Assembly (NCBI GenBank): GCA_950097015.1
Contig: CATNEN010000038.1
Location: forward strand, 28,024,001-28,088,000
Length of the DNA stretch: 64,000 nt
Source of the DNA: Macrostomum hystrix
Lineage: Eukaryota; Animalia; Platyhelminthes
Direction: 5' to 3'
Below the pieces are notes generated by a model. The model was not told where the DNA came from and ran no database searches. It saw only the letters and a program-made list of their open reading frames with translations. Both the position numbers and the translations under genes were made by a program. This document shows, piece after piece, positions 10,901-24,044 of the stretch (within the stretch, counting starts at the first letter, position 1; the number at the start of each line of letters is the position of its first letter).

Positions 10901-13900
10901 CCAATCCTTGAAATCCCGCCTAGCCGAGCTCTACGTCGATCTAGAATCCAGCAGGCAGTCGCGAGAGGCCAGCGAGTCGGCCAGTCGCGAGTTGGCTAAC
11001 GAAGCTGCCGCACTCAGGCGGGCCAAGGAGTTCTACGCTGAACAGCTTCGGGCGGCTCAGGACGCCAGGCAGGCGATGCAGACGGACCTGTCCCGGCTGC
11101 AGGCTGTCCTGGCTGCTCAGGCTGAACGTCTAGGCGGAGAAGGCGATAATTTGCGAGTTAGATTAGCCGAACTAGAAGCCCAGATGGTGACGGAACGCCA
11201 GGCTTGGCTAGACAATCTGGAACGCATTCGAGCTGAAATAGTCGAACGCGAAGCTCTACTAGAAGCTGCAATGAATGAAAAAGTAGCTCTACAGGAGGCT
11301 TTAGATTTTAAAACTGATCAATTAGCTAGGGAACGATTGGCGTTTGATAAACTTGCCGATGCTCTTAGAGAGGCTGAATTAGAAGCCGAGAGACAAGCGG
11401 CTGCTCTAGCCGAAAGGGAAGCTGTTTTAGAATCGGCCGAAGCTGAACGAGCCGCCCTGGGCGCCCGGGCCGCTCATCTGGACGGTCAAGCCGCAGCCGC
11501 CGCTGTTGAATTAGCCGCCGCCAGAGCAGAATTAGCCGAATCGGCTCGACAATTGGAATCTGCCAGGTTTGATGGCGCAACTCAGGGCGCCGAATTAGAA
11601 ACTGTGCGCGTTGAATTAGCCGAAGCCGAAGCTCAACTGGCTGCCAGTAGGGAAGAGAAAAGAGCTCTAGATATTAGGATTTGCGAACTGCGCGAGAGTA
11701 TGGTCCGGGTTGAAGATGGCTTCTCACGGATGCGATCTGATCTTGCAACCCGAGCTGCCGAGTTATCACACGCCGAAGCTCTTCGCGCCGATCTAGCAGC
11801 AGAGCTGGCCGTAGCTTTGGACAATCTGGCTAGTCGAGAATCTGTTCTAGCCGTTGTTCAAGCCGAACGTAACGAAGCTCGACAACAGCTGGCCGCTCTA
11901 GCCGATGAGAGCGACGGCCTGCGCGCCGATTTGGCCAATCTGCGAGCCAAACTGGAGGCTGCCGAGTTGAGCGCCTTCCAGAGTCAAACTGAAGTTGGCG
12001 AATTGAAGGTTGCGCTGTCGGATGCTAGACGGCAGATTGGCGAACTCAGCGCTGTGCAAGATAGGTGAGCACTGTTGAGTAGGCTTCTAGAATTGCCGTG
12101 TCATTGTAGTTTTTAACTAACTGCTGTCAAATTTGGGAACCTGTAGCTTTCTAAGAAACCTATTTTTAGGTAGCTTCAGTTTCTTGGAATGCAGTCACTT
12201 TCAGGTACTGTCATTTTCTAGGAATGTTTTTTTCAGGTAGGATAATTTTCTAAGAAATGTGGATTTCAAGTGGTGTCATCCCGCTAAAAAATAGGGATGT
12301 TTCTTTGGGTGATTCCAGTTGGAATCTGCGGTGTTTCCAGAAAAAGAAACAGCCGAACGCTGGAAACATACCAATCGGATGATTCCATGCTTAAAACCTA
12401 CCCAACTGGGCGTTTTCTCGGTGCTTCTTGGCGGCGAAATGGAATCACCCAAATAATCCTCTAGTTCGGAAGATTCCATGCTCAGAAACCGCCGAGGAAT
12501 CGCCCGTAAATAATTCTCTGGTTGTCCCATGGGCCATTGGTTCGGGTGATTATTCGGCGGTTTCCGCACAATTTACGGTTACATCGGCAGCTTCCTGGGT
12601 GGTTTCTTTAACTCTTGCGAGATAGGGGGGATTTTGGTAGATTCCACTCCTATTTTGCACAAAAAACCCACCGAAGAAGCAGCCGAATTTTTTACAGGGA
12701 TTTTCAAGGGCTGTTTATTTTAAATTGTGTCATTTTCTAGGATTTTCATTTTTAGTTGCTGTCATTTTCTAGGAATGCTTGTTTCATTTAGTGTCATTTT
12801 CTAGGAATGCTTGTTTCATTAAGTGTCTTTTTCCAGGAATATCTAATCCAAGCAGTGCCAGTTTCTTTTAACCAACATAAAAAATGGAGTTGAAAATGCA
12901 TATTTAAACAAAAATCTGCACTCAGGTACGCCCAGCTAGTGCAGGCTCACGAGCAGCTGCGAGCCGAAGGCGCCGCTAGGGAGGCCGCCCTGGCTCAACA
13001 GTTGGCCCAACGCGAAGCTGCTCACCTGGCTGAGTCAGGCGCAATGACCGAGGAGCTTCAACGACTGAGCGCAGCCCTGTCAGAGGCGGAGGCTCGCGGG
13101 GCGGCTTTGGAAGCCGAGCTGGCAAGACGAGCCGCGGAATCTGGCGAGGAGGTTGCTCAACTGAGGCGCGAACTCGAGACCGCCTTAGCGGACCGGTGAG
13201 ACTGCCAGATTTTGACGCTTATGGCTGCTCAACTTGAGAGTCTGGGATGATGACTGCTCAACTTGAGAGTCTGGGATGATGACTGCTCAACTTGAGAGTC
13301 TGGGATGATGACTGCTCAACTTGAGAGTCTGGGATGATGACTGCTCAACTTGAGAGTCTGGGATGATGACTGCTCAAACTGAGGATCTGGGATGATGACT
13401 GCTCAAACTGAAGATCTGGGATGATGACTGCTCAAACTGAGGATCTGGGATGATGACTGCTCAAACTGAAGATCTGGGATGATGACTGCTCAAACTGAGG
13501 ATCTGGGATGATGACTGCTCAAACTGAAGATCTGGGATGATGACTGCTCAAACTGAGAATCTGGCATGATGACTGCTCAAACTGAGAATCTGGCATGATG
13601 ACTGCTCAAACTGAGAATCTGGGATGATGACTGCTCAAACTGAAGATCTGGGATGATGACTGGTCAAACTGAAGATCTGGGATGATGACTGCTCAAACTG
13701 AAGATCTGGGATGATGACTGCTCAAACTGAGGATCTGGGATGATGACTGCTCAAACTGAAGATCTGGGATGATGACTGCTCAAACTGAGGATCTGGCATG
13801 ATGACTGCTCAAACTGAGAATCTGGCATGATGACTGCTCAAACTGAGAATCTGGCATGATGACTGCTCAAACTGAGAATCTGGGATGATGACTGCTCAAA

Positions 13901-16900
13901 CTGAAGATCTGGGATGATGACTGCTCAAACTGAAGATCTGGGATGATGACTGCTCAAACTGAAGATCTGGGATGATGACTGCTCAAACTGAGGATCTGGG
14001 ATGATGACTGCTCAAACTGAAGATCTGGGATGATGACTGCTCAAACTGAGGATCTGGCATGATGACTGCTCAAACTGAGAATCTGGCATGATGACTGCTC
14101 AAACTGAGAATCTGGGATGATGACTGCTCAAACTGAGAATCTGGGATGATGACTGCTCAAACTGAAGATCTGGGATGATGACTGCTCAAACTGAAGATCT
14201 GGGATGATGACTGCTCAAACTGAGGATCTAGGATGATGACTGCTCAAACTGAGGATCTGGGATGATGACTGCTCAAACTGAGGATCTGGGATGATGACTG
14301 CTCAAATTGAAGATCTGGGATAATGCCTGGCTGCTCAACTTGAGGATCTGGGAGAATGGCTGCTGAAACTGAGGATCTTGTATGATGGCTGCTCAACTTG
14401 AGGATCTGGGAGAATGGCTGCTTAAACTGAGGATCTTGTATGATGGCTGCTCAAACTGAGGATCTTGGATGATGGCTGCTCAAACTGAGGATTTGGGATA
14501 ATTGCTGCTCTAGGGTCCGTAAAGAATAAGGACTTTACGATAATCTTATATCCCATGTCGCCTACTCTCACTCCATCCTGAAAGTGCGGAGGCGGCTAAA
14601 AACTTGGCCGAAGCGCGCGCCCGAGCGGACACCGAAGCCGCCGAATTATCTGTCCGAGCCGCGTCGGCCAAGGAGCGAGCCGACCGACTCGAGTCCCAGC
14701 TAGCCGAAGCGCAGGGCTGGCGGGCTCAGAACCGCGCCCTGCACGCCGAGTTGGAGCGAGCCAAAGGTCGCGCCGATGGTTTGGCCCGCGCCCAGGCCCA
14801 GCTGCGCCAACACGCCGAGGCGCTGCAGGCGGCCCTGGCTTCGCGCGAGGCCGGCGGCGAGCGTCAGGCCGACGATCTGCGAGTAGCCGAACGGCAGCTG
14901 TTGGACGCACTGGCTAGCCGGGGACAGCTTCAGGAGCAGCTGGATTCAGCCCTGGGCAGTGCCGGCCGGCTGGCTGGCGAATGCGACGCACTGAGAGCTG
15001 AGAGGGCTCGCCTGCAGACTGAACTGGTTGGCGCCTCTGCCAGGTGCGACTGCTTGATTTGTTTCATACCGATGCTAGTTAGGAATTCCCGAAATAGGAG
15101 ATCCCAAATCCTGAACTCGAGATCCCAGTTCCTAAATTCGTGATCCCAGTTCCTAAATTCGTATCCCAGTTCCCAAATTCGTGATCCCAGTTCCTAAATT
15201 CGTGATCCCAGTTCCTAAACTCGAGATCCCATTTCCTAAATTCGTGATCCCTGTTCTTTAATATGTGATCCCAGGTTCTAAATTTGTGATTCCAATTCCT
15301 AAAATCGAGATTCCAGTTCCTAAACTCGAGATCCCAGTTCCTAAATTCGTTATCCCAGTTTCTAAACTCGAGATCCCAGTTCCTAAATTCGAGATCCCAG
15401 TTCCTAAACTCGAGATCCCAGTTCCTAAATTCGAGATCCCAGTTTCTAAATTTGTGATCCCAGTTCCTAAACTCGAGATCCCAGTTCCTAAATTCATATC
15501 ACAGTTCCCAAATTCGTGATCCCAGTTCCTAAACTCGAGATCCCTGTTCCTAAACTCGAGATCCCTTTTCCTAAATTCGTGATCTCTGTTCTTTAATTTG
15601 TGATCCCAGTTTCTAAAATCGTGATCCCAGTTGCTAAATTCGTTATCCCAGTTGCTAAATTCGTTATCCCAGTTGCTAAATTCGTTATTTCAGTTGCTAA
15701 ATTCGAGATCCCAGTTCCTAAATTCGAGATCCCAGTTCCTAAATTCGAGATACCTGTTCCTAAACTCGAGATCCCAGTTCCTAAATTCGAGATCCCAGTT
15801 CCTAAATTCGAGATCCCAGTTCCTAAATTCGAGATCACAGTTCCTAAACTCGAGATCCCAGTTCCTAAATTCGTTATCCCAGTTCCCAAATTCGTGATCC
15901 CTATTCCCAAAATCCGCCGCTCCCAAACTTCACAGGGATGCGGAGGTAGCTGCCGGCCTTACTCGCGAAGTTGAAGCCGGACGCGAATTGGTTGCTAAGC
16001 AACGCGATGAGCTTGACAGGCTTCGCTCTGAGCTGGCCGACGCCAGAGCGCAACTAGAGGAATCGGCAGAAGTGCAAGCGCGCTTGGATACCGTTGCTAA
16101 GGCGCTTGATGAAAAAGATGCTCAACTAGCTGATGCTCAGGTAAGTTACTGTGGTTTCTATAATTTAAACGAAGTTTTTTGTTTTTTAGAATAATCTACA
16201 TGTTTCTAAAAATCCCATGCTTGACTTCGCCCTAAAGTATGATTCCCATTTTCCTTATATATAATCCGTAATAAGAGAAATATCATTCCCTTTAACTACA
16301 ATAAAAAAATGCAAATCACATTCCATAAAATACTCGTCCCCTGAAAACCCAGTCTCTAGAAATCCCATCCTACCCCCCTGGAAGTCTAAATCCCATGAAA
16401 TTCATATCCCCTACGAAACTTACCCCCTGTAAAAAACATCCCCATAGAAATCCCATCCACATAGAAATCCCATCCCCCAAAAAAACCCCATCCCGTTAGA
16501 AATCCCATTCCCTCTAGAAACCCCATCCCGTTTAGAAATCCCATTCCGTAAAATATCCCATTCCCTTAGAAATCCCATCCTCCCTGAAAATCCCACCCCC
16601 CTAAGAGATTCCATTTCCCTGGAACTCTTATCCTCCTAGAAATCCCATCCCGTTAGAAAGTCCATCCCGTACAGATCCCATCTAGAAAATCCTATCGCCC
16701 TTGGAATCCCACCCCCTAGTACTAAACGGTCCAATTAATTGTTAGCTACAATACAAATATGCCATTCTAAGAGACCTTAAATTCCAATGGACAGTTTAAT
16801 TTTCGCTCTAACAGGCTCGGTTGCTAAGCAACGAAACTAGCGGGGCCGATGCTCTAGCCGGTCTGCAGCGCGTCCTAGAGTCCACTGAGCGGCAGAACCG

Positions 16901-18665
16901 CGGCCTACGCGCCGAACTCGAAGCCGCCAGGCGGGATCGGCTCGACGCTCTCGGCCGGCTGGCCCAGCTTCGCGGCGCTCTGAAAGCCGCCATCGATCGG
17001 CATCGACTGTTCTCGGCCGAGGCTGGCTCCGACGCAGCCGCCGCCGCTGCCGCCGGCGGAGTCGACTGGGGCGCTCTGGAACGCCTAGTAGGAGAATCCG
17101 CTCCAATGTGCTGGCAGGCCCGGCCGCCGCAGCCTCTGGCCAGTGTCAACGCTTGCCTTGACGAATTGCGCTCTCAGATTGCCGGACTGTCGGCTAACAT
17201 GACGGAGCACGCTCTGGCTGTGCGCAGCCGCGGACAGCTCTGGCGGTGAGCCTGCGGCCTGCTGACTGGCTCCGGGACTCTCTCACTCCGTCTCTCCCTA
17301 TCACTCTGTCCACCTGTATCCCTCTCTCTCTCCTCCTCTCCTCTCCCTCTCTGCCATTCTTCCCCTCCTCCTCTCCTCTCCCTCTCTGCCATTCTTTCCC
17401 TCCTCCTCTCCTCTCCCTCTCTGCCATTCTTTCCCTCCTCCTCTCCTCTCCCTCTCTGCCATTCTTTCCCTCCTCCTCTCCTCTCCCTCTGCCATTCTTT
17501 CCCTCCTCCTCTCCTCTCCCTCTCTGCCATTCTTTCCCTCCTCCTCTCCTCTCCCTCTCTGCCATTCTTCCCCTCCTCCTCTCCTCTCCCTCTCTGCCAT
17601 TCTTTCCCTACTCCTCTCCTCTCCCTCTCTGCCATTCTTCCCCTACTCCTCTCCTCTCCCTCTCTGCCATTCTTTCCCTCCTCCTCTCCTCTCCCTCTCT
17701 GCCATTCTTCCCCTCCTCCTCTCCTCTCCCTCTCTGCCATTCTTTCCCTCCTCCTCTCCTCTCCCTCTCTGCCATTCTTTCCCTCCTCCTCTCCTCTCCC
17801 TCTCTGCCATTCTTTCCCTCCTCCTCTCCTCTCCCTCTCTGCCATTCTTTCCCTCCTCCTCTCCTCTCCCTCTCTGCCATTCTTCCCCTCCTCCTCTCCT
17901 CTCCCTCTCTGCCATTCTTTCCCTCCTCCTCTCCTCTCCCTCTCTGCCATTCTTTCCCTCCTCCTCTCCTCTCCCTCTCTGCCATTCTTTCCCTCCTCCT
18001 CTCCTCTCCCTCTGCCATTCTTTCCCTCCTCCTCTCCTCTCCCTCTCTGCCATTCTTTCCCTCCTCCTCTCCTCTCCCTCTCTGCCATTCTTCCCCTCCT
18101 CCTCTCCTCTCCCTCTCTGCCATTCTTTCCCTACTCCTCTCCTCTCCCTCTCTGCCATTCTTTCTCTCCCACTGCCATTCTTCCTCTCCCACTGCCATTC
18201 TTCCTCTCCCACTGCCATTCTTCCTCTCCCACTGCCATTCTTCCTCTCCCACTGCCATTCTTCCTCTCCCCTTCTGTCTTTCTTCTCCTCTCCCTCCTCC
18301 CTCTCATTCTCTCCCTCTTTCCTTCCTCTTTCCCGCTATCCCTGTCACTGTCTCGTCTGTTGATCTTTTTGACAAAATTTATTCATCATACATAAATGAT
18401 AGAAAATGTATTTATTTATTAACAGCCTAGTTTTGTTTTACAGTGCCAGTTCCCGCTAGGTTTGGGTACGTACTGTCTTCGGTAACAAAAATACTTGCTA
18501 TAAACTTTCAGAGAAGCAGAGGAGCAGGCTGAGAAACTCAAGGCCGCCTGTGGCAAAGCCGACGATGCCCTACTCGGCGGCGAGGAAACTAGCATTACAG
18601 ATGACAAAACCACTATTAAGAAGTCATCTTCGCAACAGCCTACTGCCAGCAAGGAGCTCCAGTAG
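8000..18665 (+). CDS. GOLGA3: Golgin subfamily A member 3 (golgin-160)-like coiled-coil protein, about 1220 aa
   Basis: Nine phase-consistent exons: 8000-8063, 8641-9171, 10180-10535, 10872-12064, 12926-13195, 14585-15043, 15936-16140, 16815-17245, 18512-18665 (TAG). Non-coiled head then long heptad coiled coil. EFYAEQLRAAQDARQAMQTDL and PLASVNACLDELRSQIAGLSANMTEHALAV resemble GOLGA3 segments recalled as WYQQQLALAQEARVRLQGEM and PLKNLNSCLQQLKQEMDSLQRQMEEHALTV. Confidence 0.75.
8227..8533 (-). mobile_element. SINE family 1, 5'-truncated copy
   Basis: Colinear with 39288-39560 (caggtgt..acatctgccctgactttc...gccttggaggttggccct..agggtgtaaa); (CA)n expanded; lacks the tRNA head; in GOLGA3 intron 1. 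Confidence 0.85.
9290..10050. repeat. 34-bp minisatellite (gatcccattccgttgatcctcaattttaaactct)
   Basis: Tandem array in GOLGA3 intron 2. Confidence 0.92.
10565..10812. repeat. Degenerate ~30-bp tandem repeat (actctttgttctattttcgatt...)
   Basis: GOLGA3 intron 3. Confidence 0.75.
12280..12699. mobile_element. MITE / non-autonomous DNA transposon with 2-bp TSD
   Basis: Ends CCCGCTAAAAAAT ... ATTTTTTACAGGG (imperfect TIR), flanked by AT on both sides; internal inverted motifs gggtgattcc/ggaatcaccc; excision restores a tgtcattttc unit of the surrounding degenerate intronic repeat. Confidence 0.7.
13220..14510. repeat. 29-bp minisatellite (gactgctcaaactgaggatctgggatgat)
   Basis: GOLGA3 intron 5. 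Confidence 0.96.
15100..15910. repeat. 21-bp minisatellite (gatcccagttcctaaattcga)
   Basis: GOLGA3 intron 6. Confidence 0.95.
16340..16720. repeat. Degenerate tandem repeat (tagaaatcccatcc...)
   Basis: GOLGA3 intron 7. Confidence 0.7.
17320..18270. repeat. 35-bp pyrimidine-rich minisatellite (ctctgccattctttccctcctcctctcctctccct)
   Basis: GOLGA3 intron 8; shifts to a 20-bp derivative at the 3' end. Confidence 0.95.
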
Positions 18666-19049
18666 TATGAAAAGCATTCTGTGTTCTTTTTCCCTTTTTT
18701 TCAATTTGTAATTTGGCCATCGCATTCGTTAGATTTTTGTTTGTTTTCCTTTATTATTTATTAATGGAGCCGTGCTCAAATCTACTACTGAATTCTGGTG
18801 TGTGTTCGCGCAAGTAGTAGTATGTTTAAATTATTTTGAATTACATTTCTATCTACACCGTTGTTGCTCATTCTCAATAATAGTCTAGCTCATTAGGAAA
18901 GAAATGCTGAATGGCTTTTTTGAGTGTTTGTGCTGTTGACAGAAAAACGATGTGTTGTTTTTTTAGTAACGACAGTAAATTTTAGCGAAATCAATTTATG
19001 AAATTAAAGGACTACCAATTGATAATTTTCTAATTAGCCTACTGAATGA

Positions 19050-19790
19050 ATCTTGACCCAGCCGATCGTATCTTGACCCAATCTTGACCCAGGCTCGTAT
19101 CCTGACCCAAACTCTGACTCGTATCTTGACCCAATCTTGACCAAGGCCTCGTATCTTGACCCAATCTTTACCCAGCCTCGTATCTTATTGACCCAATCCT
19201 GACCCAGCCTGGTATCTTGACCCAATCTTGACCCAGCCTCGTATATTGACCCAATCTTGACCCAAGCTCGTATCTTGACCCAATCTTGACCAAATCTTGA
19301 TCCAGGCTCGTATCTTGACCCGATCTTGACCCAGCCTCCAATCTTGACCCAAACCTGACCCGAGCTCGTATCTTGACCCAATCTTGACCCAGCCTCGTAT
19401 CTTGACCCAAACTCTGACTCGTATCTTGACCCAATTTTAACCCAGCCTCCAATCTTGACCCAAACTCTGACTCGTATCTTGACCCAAACTTGACCCAGCC
19501 TCGTATCTTGACCCAAACTCTGACTCGTATCTTGACCCAATTTTAACCCAGCCTCCAATCTTGACCCAAACCTGACCCAAGCTCGTATCTTGACCCAATC
19601 TTGACCCAGCCTCCAATCTTGACCCAAACCTGACCCAAGCTCGTATCTTGACCCAATCTTGACCCAGCCTCGTATCTTGACCTAATCTTGACGCAACCTC
19701 GTATCTTGACCCAAACTCTGACTTGTATCTTGACCCAAACTCTGACTCGTATCTTGACCCAAACTCTGACTCTTGTCTTGATCCTGACTT
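19050..19790. repeat. Composite 11/20-bp minisatellite (tcttgacccaa / tcttgacccagcctcgta..)
   Basis: Between GOLGA3 and TFB1M; a related degenerate copy lies in the TFB1M intron (23064-23225). Confidence 0.92.
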
Positions 19791-20867
19791 TGTTTTTAAC
19801 AGAACTACAACCCAGCAAAAAAATAACGAAATGTCATTTATTAAAACCCAGTTTACAGTTAAATTATAGTCGAACGAATTGTTTTGGTGATCTCAGATCG
19901 ATATTCTTTGACTTTTTGCTTGTAATGAAGTTTTCATTGAAGTTTATCGCTTTCAACATTTATTTGCCTTTGCAAATTATATATTGTTAACTATTTGTTT
20001 ATTGCCCGTAAATCGATGATAAAAAATCTTTACTTAAAAGCTGTGATTCGTTTCCTGTGTTTGCTCTTTTTCTTTGGCTTTTTATTTGTTACCTAAAAGG
20101 TATGTTCATTTTATAGAATTTGCCAAGCTGAGATTATATATTTATATTTATCTATTTATACTAACGTATATCGTATACTACATAATTTAGTCTTTGGAGT
20201 TGGTCACAATCTGGTTAATAAATTGTTTACCATGTTTAATCATTTCTAGAATCGGATACTGGAATATTATTTAAACAAGAAATTTTGTTCTTCGTCATTT
20301 TTTCTTTTTTTTTCATTCTTGTTTATCAAAAGAAGTTTGCATACATTAATTATAGGCTATGTATGCGTTATAGTCTACTTAAATATAATTTGTGGCTGAG
20401 TAGTATGTAATGTGCATTTTCATAATTTTTGGAGCCAGAAATCAATTCGTCAACTGTTTAACTCCCAAATTTTAAATCTGCTTTCGTTTTTTGCACTCTG
20501 CCTGGTCGAAAAATACATGTTTTGGGTTCAAATGCTCTTTGGTCTTCTTAATTGTATGCTGCTAATTTTCGTTAAAACGTAAAACGTTATCCCCTTTCAA
20601 TGCTTTGTTGGCAATATTTCGTTTGCTTACATTTATATGTTACTCGTGCACACATACTACTGTGGGTAGAATGACTTTCAATTTTATTTATTATTCTGTG
20701 GTTGGGAAGTAACTTAACATGTACTGCAATATCATTTTGAGCAGTTGGATAAAATTTAGTCGGAAAATATTCTTTTTGTTTATGTTTTTGTCCTTCTATT
20801 TATTACGAACTTATAACTCTTGTGAATATTTCCATATTTGTGACTAGCTTTCTGATATGACCCAATT

Positions 20868-22650
20868 CTAGGACTGGGTTGAAGGGGTAGCTATACCCAT
20901 TTCTAGGATTGAGTTAAAGGGGTAGCTACCCATTTCTAGGACTGGGTTGAAGGGGTAGCTACCCATTTCTAGGACTGGGTTGAAGGGGTAGCTACCCATT
21001 TCTAGGACTGGGTTGAAGGGGTAGCTACCCATTTCTAGGACTGGGTTGAAGGGGTAGCTACCCATTTCTAGGACTGGTTTGAAGGGGTAGCTACCCATTT
21101 CTAGGACTGGTTTGAAGGGGTAGCTACCCATTTCTAGGACTGGGTTGAAGGGGTAGCTACCCATTTCTAGGACTGGGTTGAAGGGGTAGCTACCCATTTC
21201 TAGGACTGGGTTGAAGGGGTAGCTACCCATTTCTAGGACTGGGTTGAAGGGGTAGCTACCCATTTCTAGGACTGGGTTGAAGGGGTAGCTACCCATTTCT
21301 AGGACTGGGTTGAAGGGGTAGCTACCCATTTCTAGGACTGGGTTGAAGGGGTAGCTACCCATTTCTAGGACTGGGTTGAAGGGGTAGCTACCCATTTCTA
21401 GGACTGGGTTGAAGGGGTAGCTACCCATTTCTAGGACTGGGTTGAAGGGGTAGCTACCCATTTCTAGGACTGGGTTGAAGGGGTAGCTACCCATTTCTAG
21501 GACTGGGTTGAAGGGGTAGCTACCCATTTCTAGGACTGGTTTGAAGGGGTAGCTACCCATTTCTAGGACTGGTTTGAAGGGGTAGCTACCCATTTCTAGG
21601 ACTGGGTTGAAGGGGTAGCTACCCATTTCTAGGACTGGGTTGAAGGGGTAGCTACCCATTTCTAGGACTGGGTTGAAGGGGTAGCTACCCATTTCTAGGA
21701 CTGGGTTGAAGGGGTAGCTACCCATTTCTAGGACTGGGTTGAAGGGGTAGCTACCCATTTCTAGGACTGGGTTGAAGGGGTAGCTACCCATTTCTAGGAC
21801 TGGGTTGAAGGGGTAGCTACCCATTTCTAGGACTGGGTTGAAGGGGTAGCTACCCATTTCTAGGACTGGTTTGAAGGGGTAGCAACCCATTTCTAGGACT
21901 GGTTTGAAGGGGTAGCAACCCATTTCTAGGACTGGTTTGAAGGGGTAGCTACCCATTTCTAGGACTGGGTTGAAGGGGTAGCTACCCATTTCTAGGACTG
22001 GGTTGAAGGGGTAGCTACCCATTTCTAGGACTGGTTTGAAGGGGTAGCTACCCATTTCTAGGACTGGGTTGAAGGGGTAGCTACCCATTTCTAGGACTGG
22101 GTTGAAGGGGTAGCTACCCATTTCTAGGACTGGGTTGAAGGGGTAGCTACCCATTTCTAGGACTGGGTTGAAGGGGTAGCTACCCATTTCTAGGACTGGG
22201 TTGAAGGGGTAGCTACCCATTTCTAGGACTGGGTTGAAGGGGTAGCTACCCATTTCTAGGACTGGGTTGAAGGGGTAGCTACCCATTTCTAGGACTGGTT
22301 TGAAGGGGTAGCAACCCATTTCTAGGACTGTTTTGAAGGGGTAGCTACCCATTTCTAGGACTGGGTTGAAGGGGTAGCTACCCATTTCTAGGACTGGGTT
22401 GAAGGGGTAGCTACCCATTTCTAGGACTGGGTTGAATGGGTAGCTACCCATTTCTAGGACTGGGTTGAAGGGGTAGCTACCCATTTCTAGGACTGGGTTG
22501 AAGGGGTAGCTACCCATTTCTAGGACTGGGTTGAAGGGGTAGCTACCCATTTCTAGGACTGAGTTGAAGGGGTAGCTACCCATTTCTAGGACTGGGTTGA
22601 AGGGGTAGCTACCCATTTCTATGATTAGGTTAAAGGGGTAATGACCCAAT
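20868..22650. repeat. 33-bp minisatellite (ctaggactgggttgaaggggtagctacccattt)
   Basis: About 54 highly homogeneous copies; the 598-aa MGSYPFNPVLE ORF is a by-product. Confidence 0.97.
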
Positions 22651-22709
22651 TTATTCAAAGGCATGCTTTATTTAGAACTTAACTACCGGATTTCAGTAAC
22701 TCAGCCACA

Positions 22710-24044
22710 ATGTCTGTAATGCCGTTTCGCGCGGCCCAGTCAGGCCTTCGACTGCCGCCAATGCCCAGCATAGCCGACCTGTTGCGAATGTTCGACCTGA
22801 GAGCCAGAAGGCAATTGTCACAGAATTTCCTACTGGAACCGAGGCTGTTAAACAAGTTGGCTAGGGCTGCCAAGCCTCTGATTGGTTGTCACGTGTTGGA
22901 GGTCGGCTGCGGTCCCGGCGGCTTCACTAGGGAGCTGTTTCGCGAAGGCGCCGAACGAGTTGTCGGAGTGGAACTGGATCGCAGATTCCAGCCCGGCCTG
23001 GAGAATCTGCAGGACTGCCTGCGATCCGCGAATCGAGACTTGGAGGTTCGGCTGCGATTTTATCATTGACCGCTATCGCATTGTCTTGACCCATCCTTTG
23101 ACTCTGATCTTGACATATTTTTTGACTGGGATCTTGACCCACCCTTTGACTCATCAGTTGACTCGGATCCTGATTCATTTTTGACTCATATTGACCCACT
23201 ATTTTACTGGGAGCTTGACCCAAACTAATTTCAATAATCGTCCTCCATTCTCTCCCAGCTGCATTTCACCAGTGCTGTGAACTTCAGCACAGACGGCCTG
23301 TTCTCATCTGACCTGGGCGCCGACTGGCACAGTTCGCAGCTGCCCCGCGTCCGCCTAGTCGGCAATCTGCCATTCAACGTGTCCACTCCTCTGCTGATGA
23401 ACTGGCTGCAGGACATTGCTGAACGGCGCAATCTCTGGCGTCTGGGCCGGGTGCCACTGGTCCTGACCTTCCAGAAGGAGTTCGCTGATCGTCTCCTGGC
23501 CGATGCCTGGACCAGAGAACGGGGCCGGCCCAGCATCCTCGTGCAGTCGTTGTGCAGCGCCAGGCGTTGCTTCGACATCTCCGGTCGCGCCTTCCTGCCG
23601 CCTGCCAAAGTTGACGTGACAGTTGTGCGCCTGGTGCCACTTGAGCACCCACTCATACCTGTGCCATTTCCCTACGTTAACAAGCTGGTGAAACACGCGT
23701 TCGCGTTCCCCAACAAGAGCCTAGTAACCTGCATGGAGACCCTGTTCCCGCCTGAGCGATGCGACCTGCTGATCAGATTATTCGCCGAGACCGACACCCA
23801 GCCGCAGTGTACACCGCGCGAACTAAGCCTGGCCCAGTTTGCTCACCTGTGCCAAGTCTATCACAGAATGTGCGAATTGGAAGACGCAGATCTGTTCGAT
23901 TTCACCTACAGTGGCCGTGAGGATCTGTGGCGATCTAGGAAGACTATACAGCGACGGCTGCTGAATGGGCAGACTGTTAATTTTCAAACTGTGGCTAATA
24001 TTGTTAACAAGAGTAGACTGCTAGCTCAGACTGACAGTCCCTAG
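22710..24044 (+). CDS. TFB1M: Mitochondrial dimethyladenosine transferase 1 (KsgA/Dim1 family), about 373 aa
   Basis: Exons 22710-23045 and 23259-24044. LPPMPSIADLL...ARRQLSQNFL, VLEVGCGPGGFTR, VGVELDRRF, LVGNLPFNVSTPL, LTFQKE and AFLPPAKVDV are characteristic TFB1M motifs. Confidence 0.93.

Noticed and set aside
13220-14510. CRISPR-like regular repeats (this and other arrays)
   Set aside because: Units are head-to-tail with no unique spacers, there are no cas genes, and the context is eukaryotic introns.
20868-22664. 598-aa ORF of MGSYPFNPVLE repeats
   Set aside because: Stop-free frame of a 33-bp minisatellite with no unique coding sequence.
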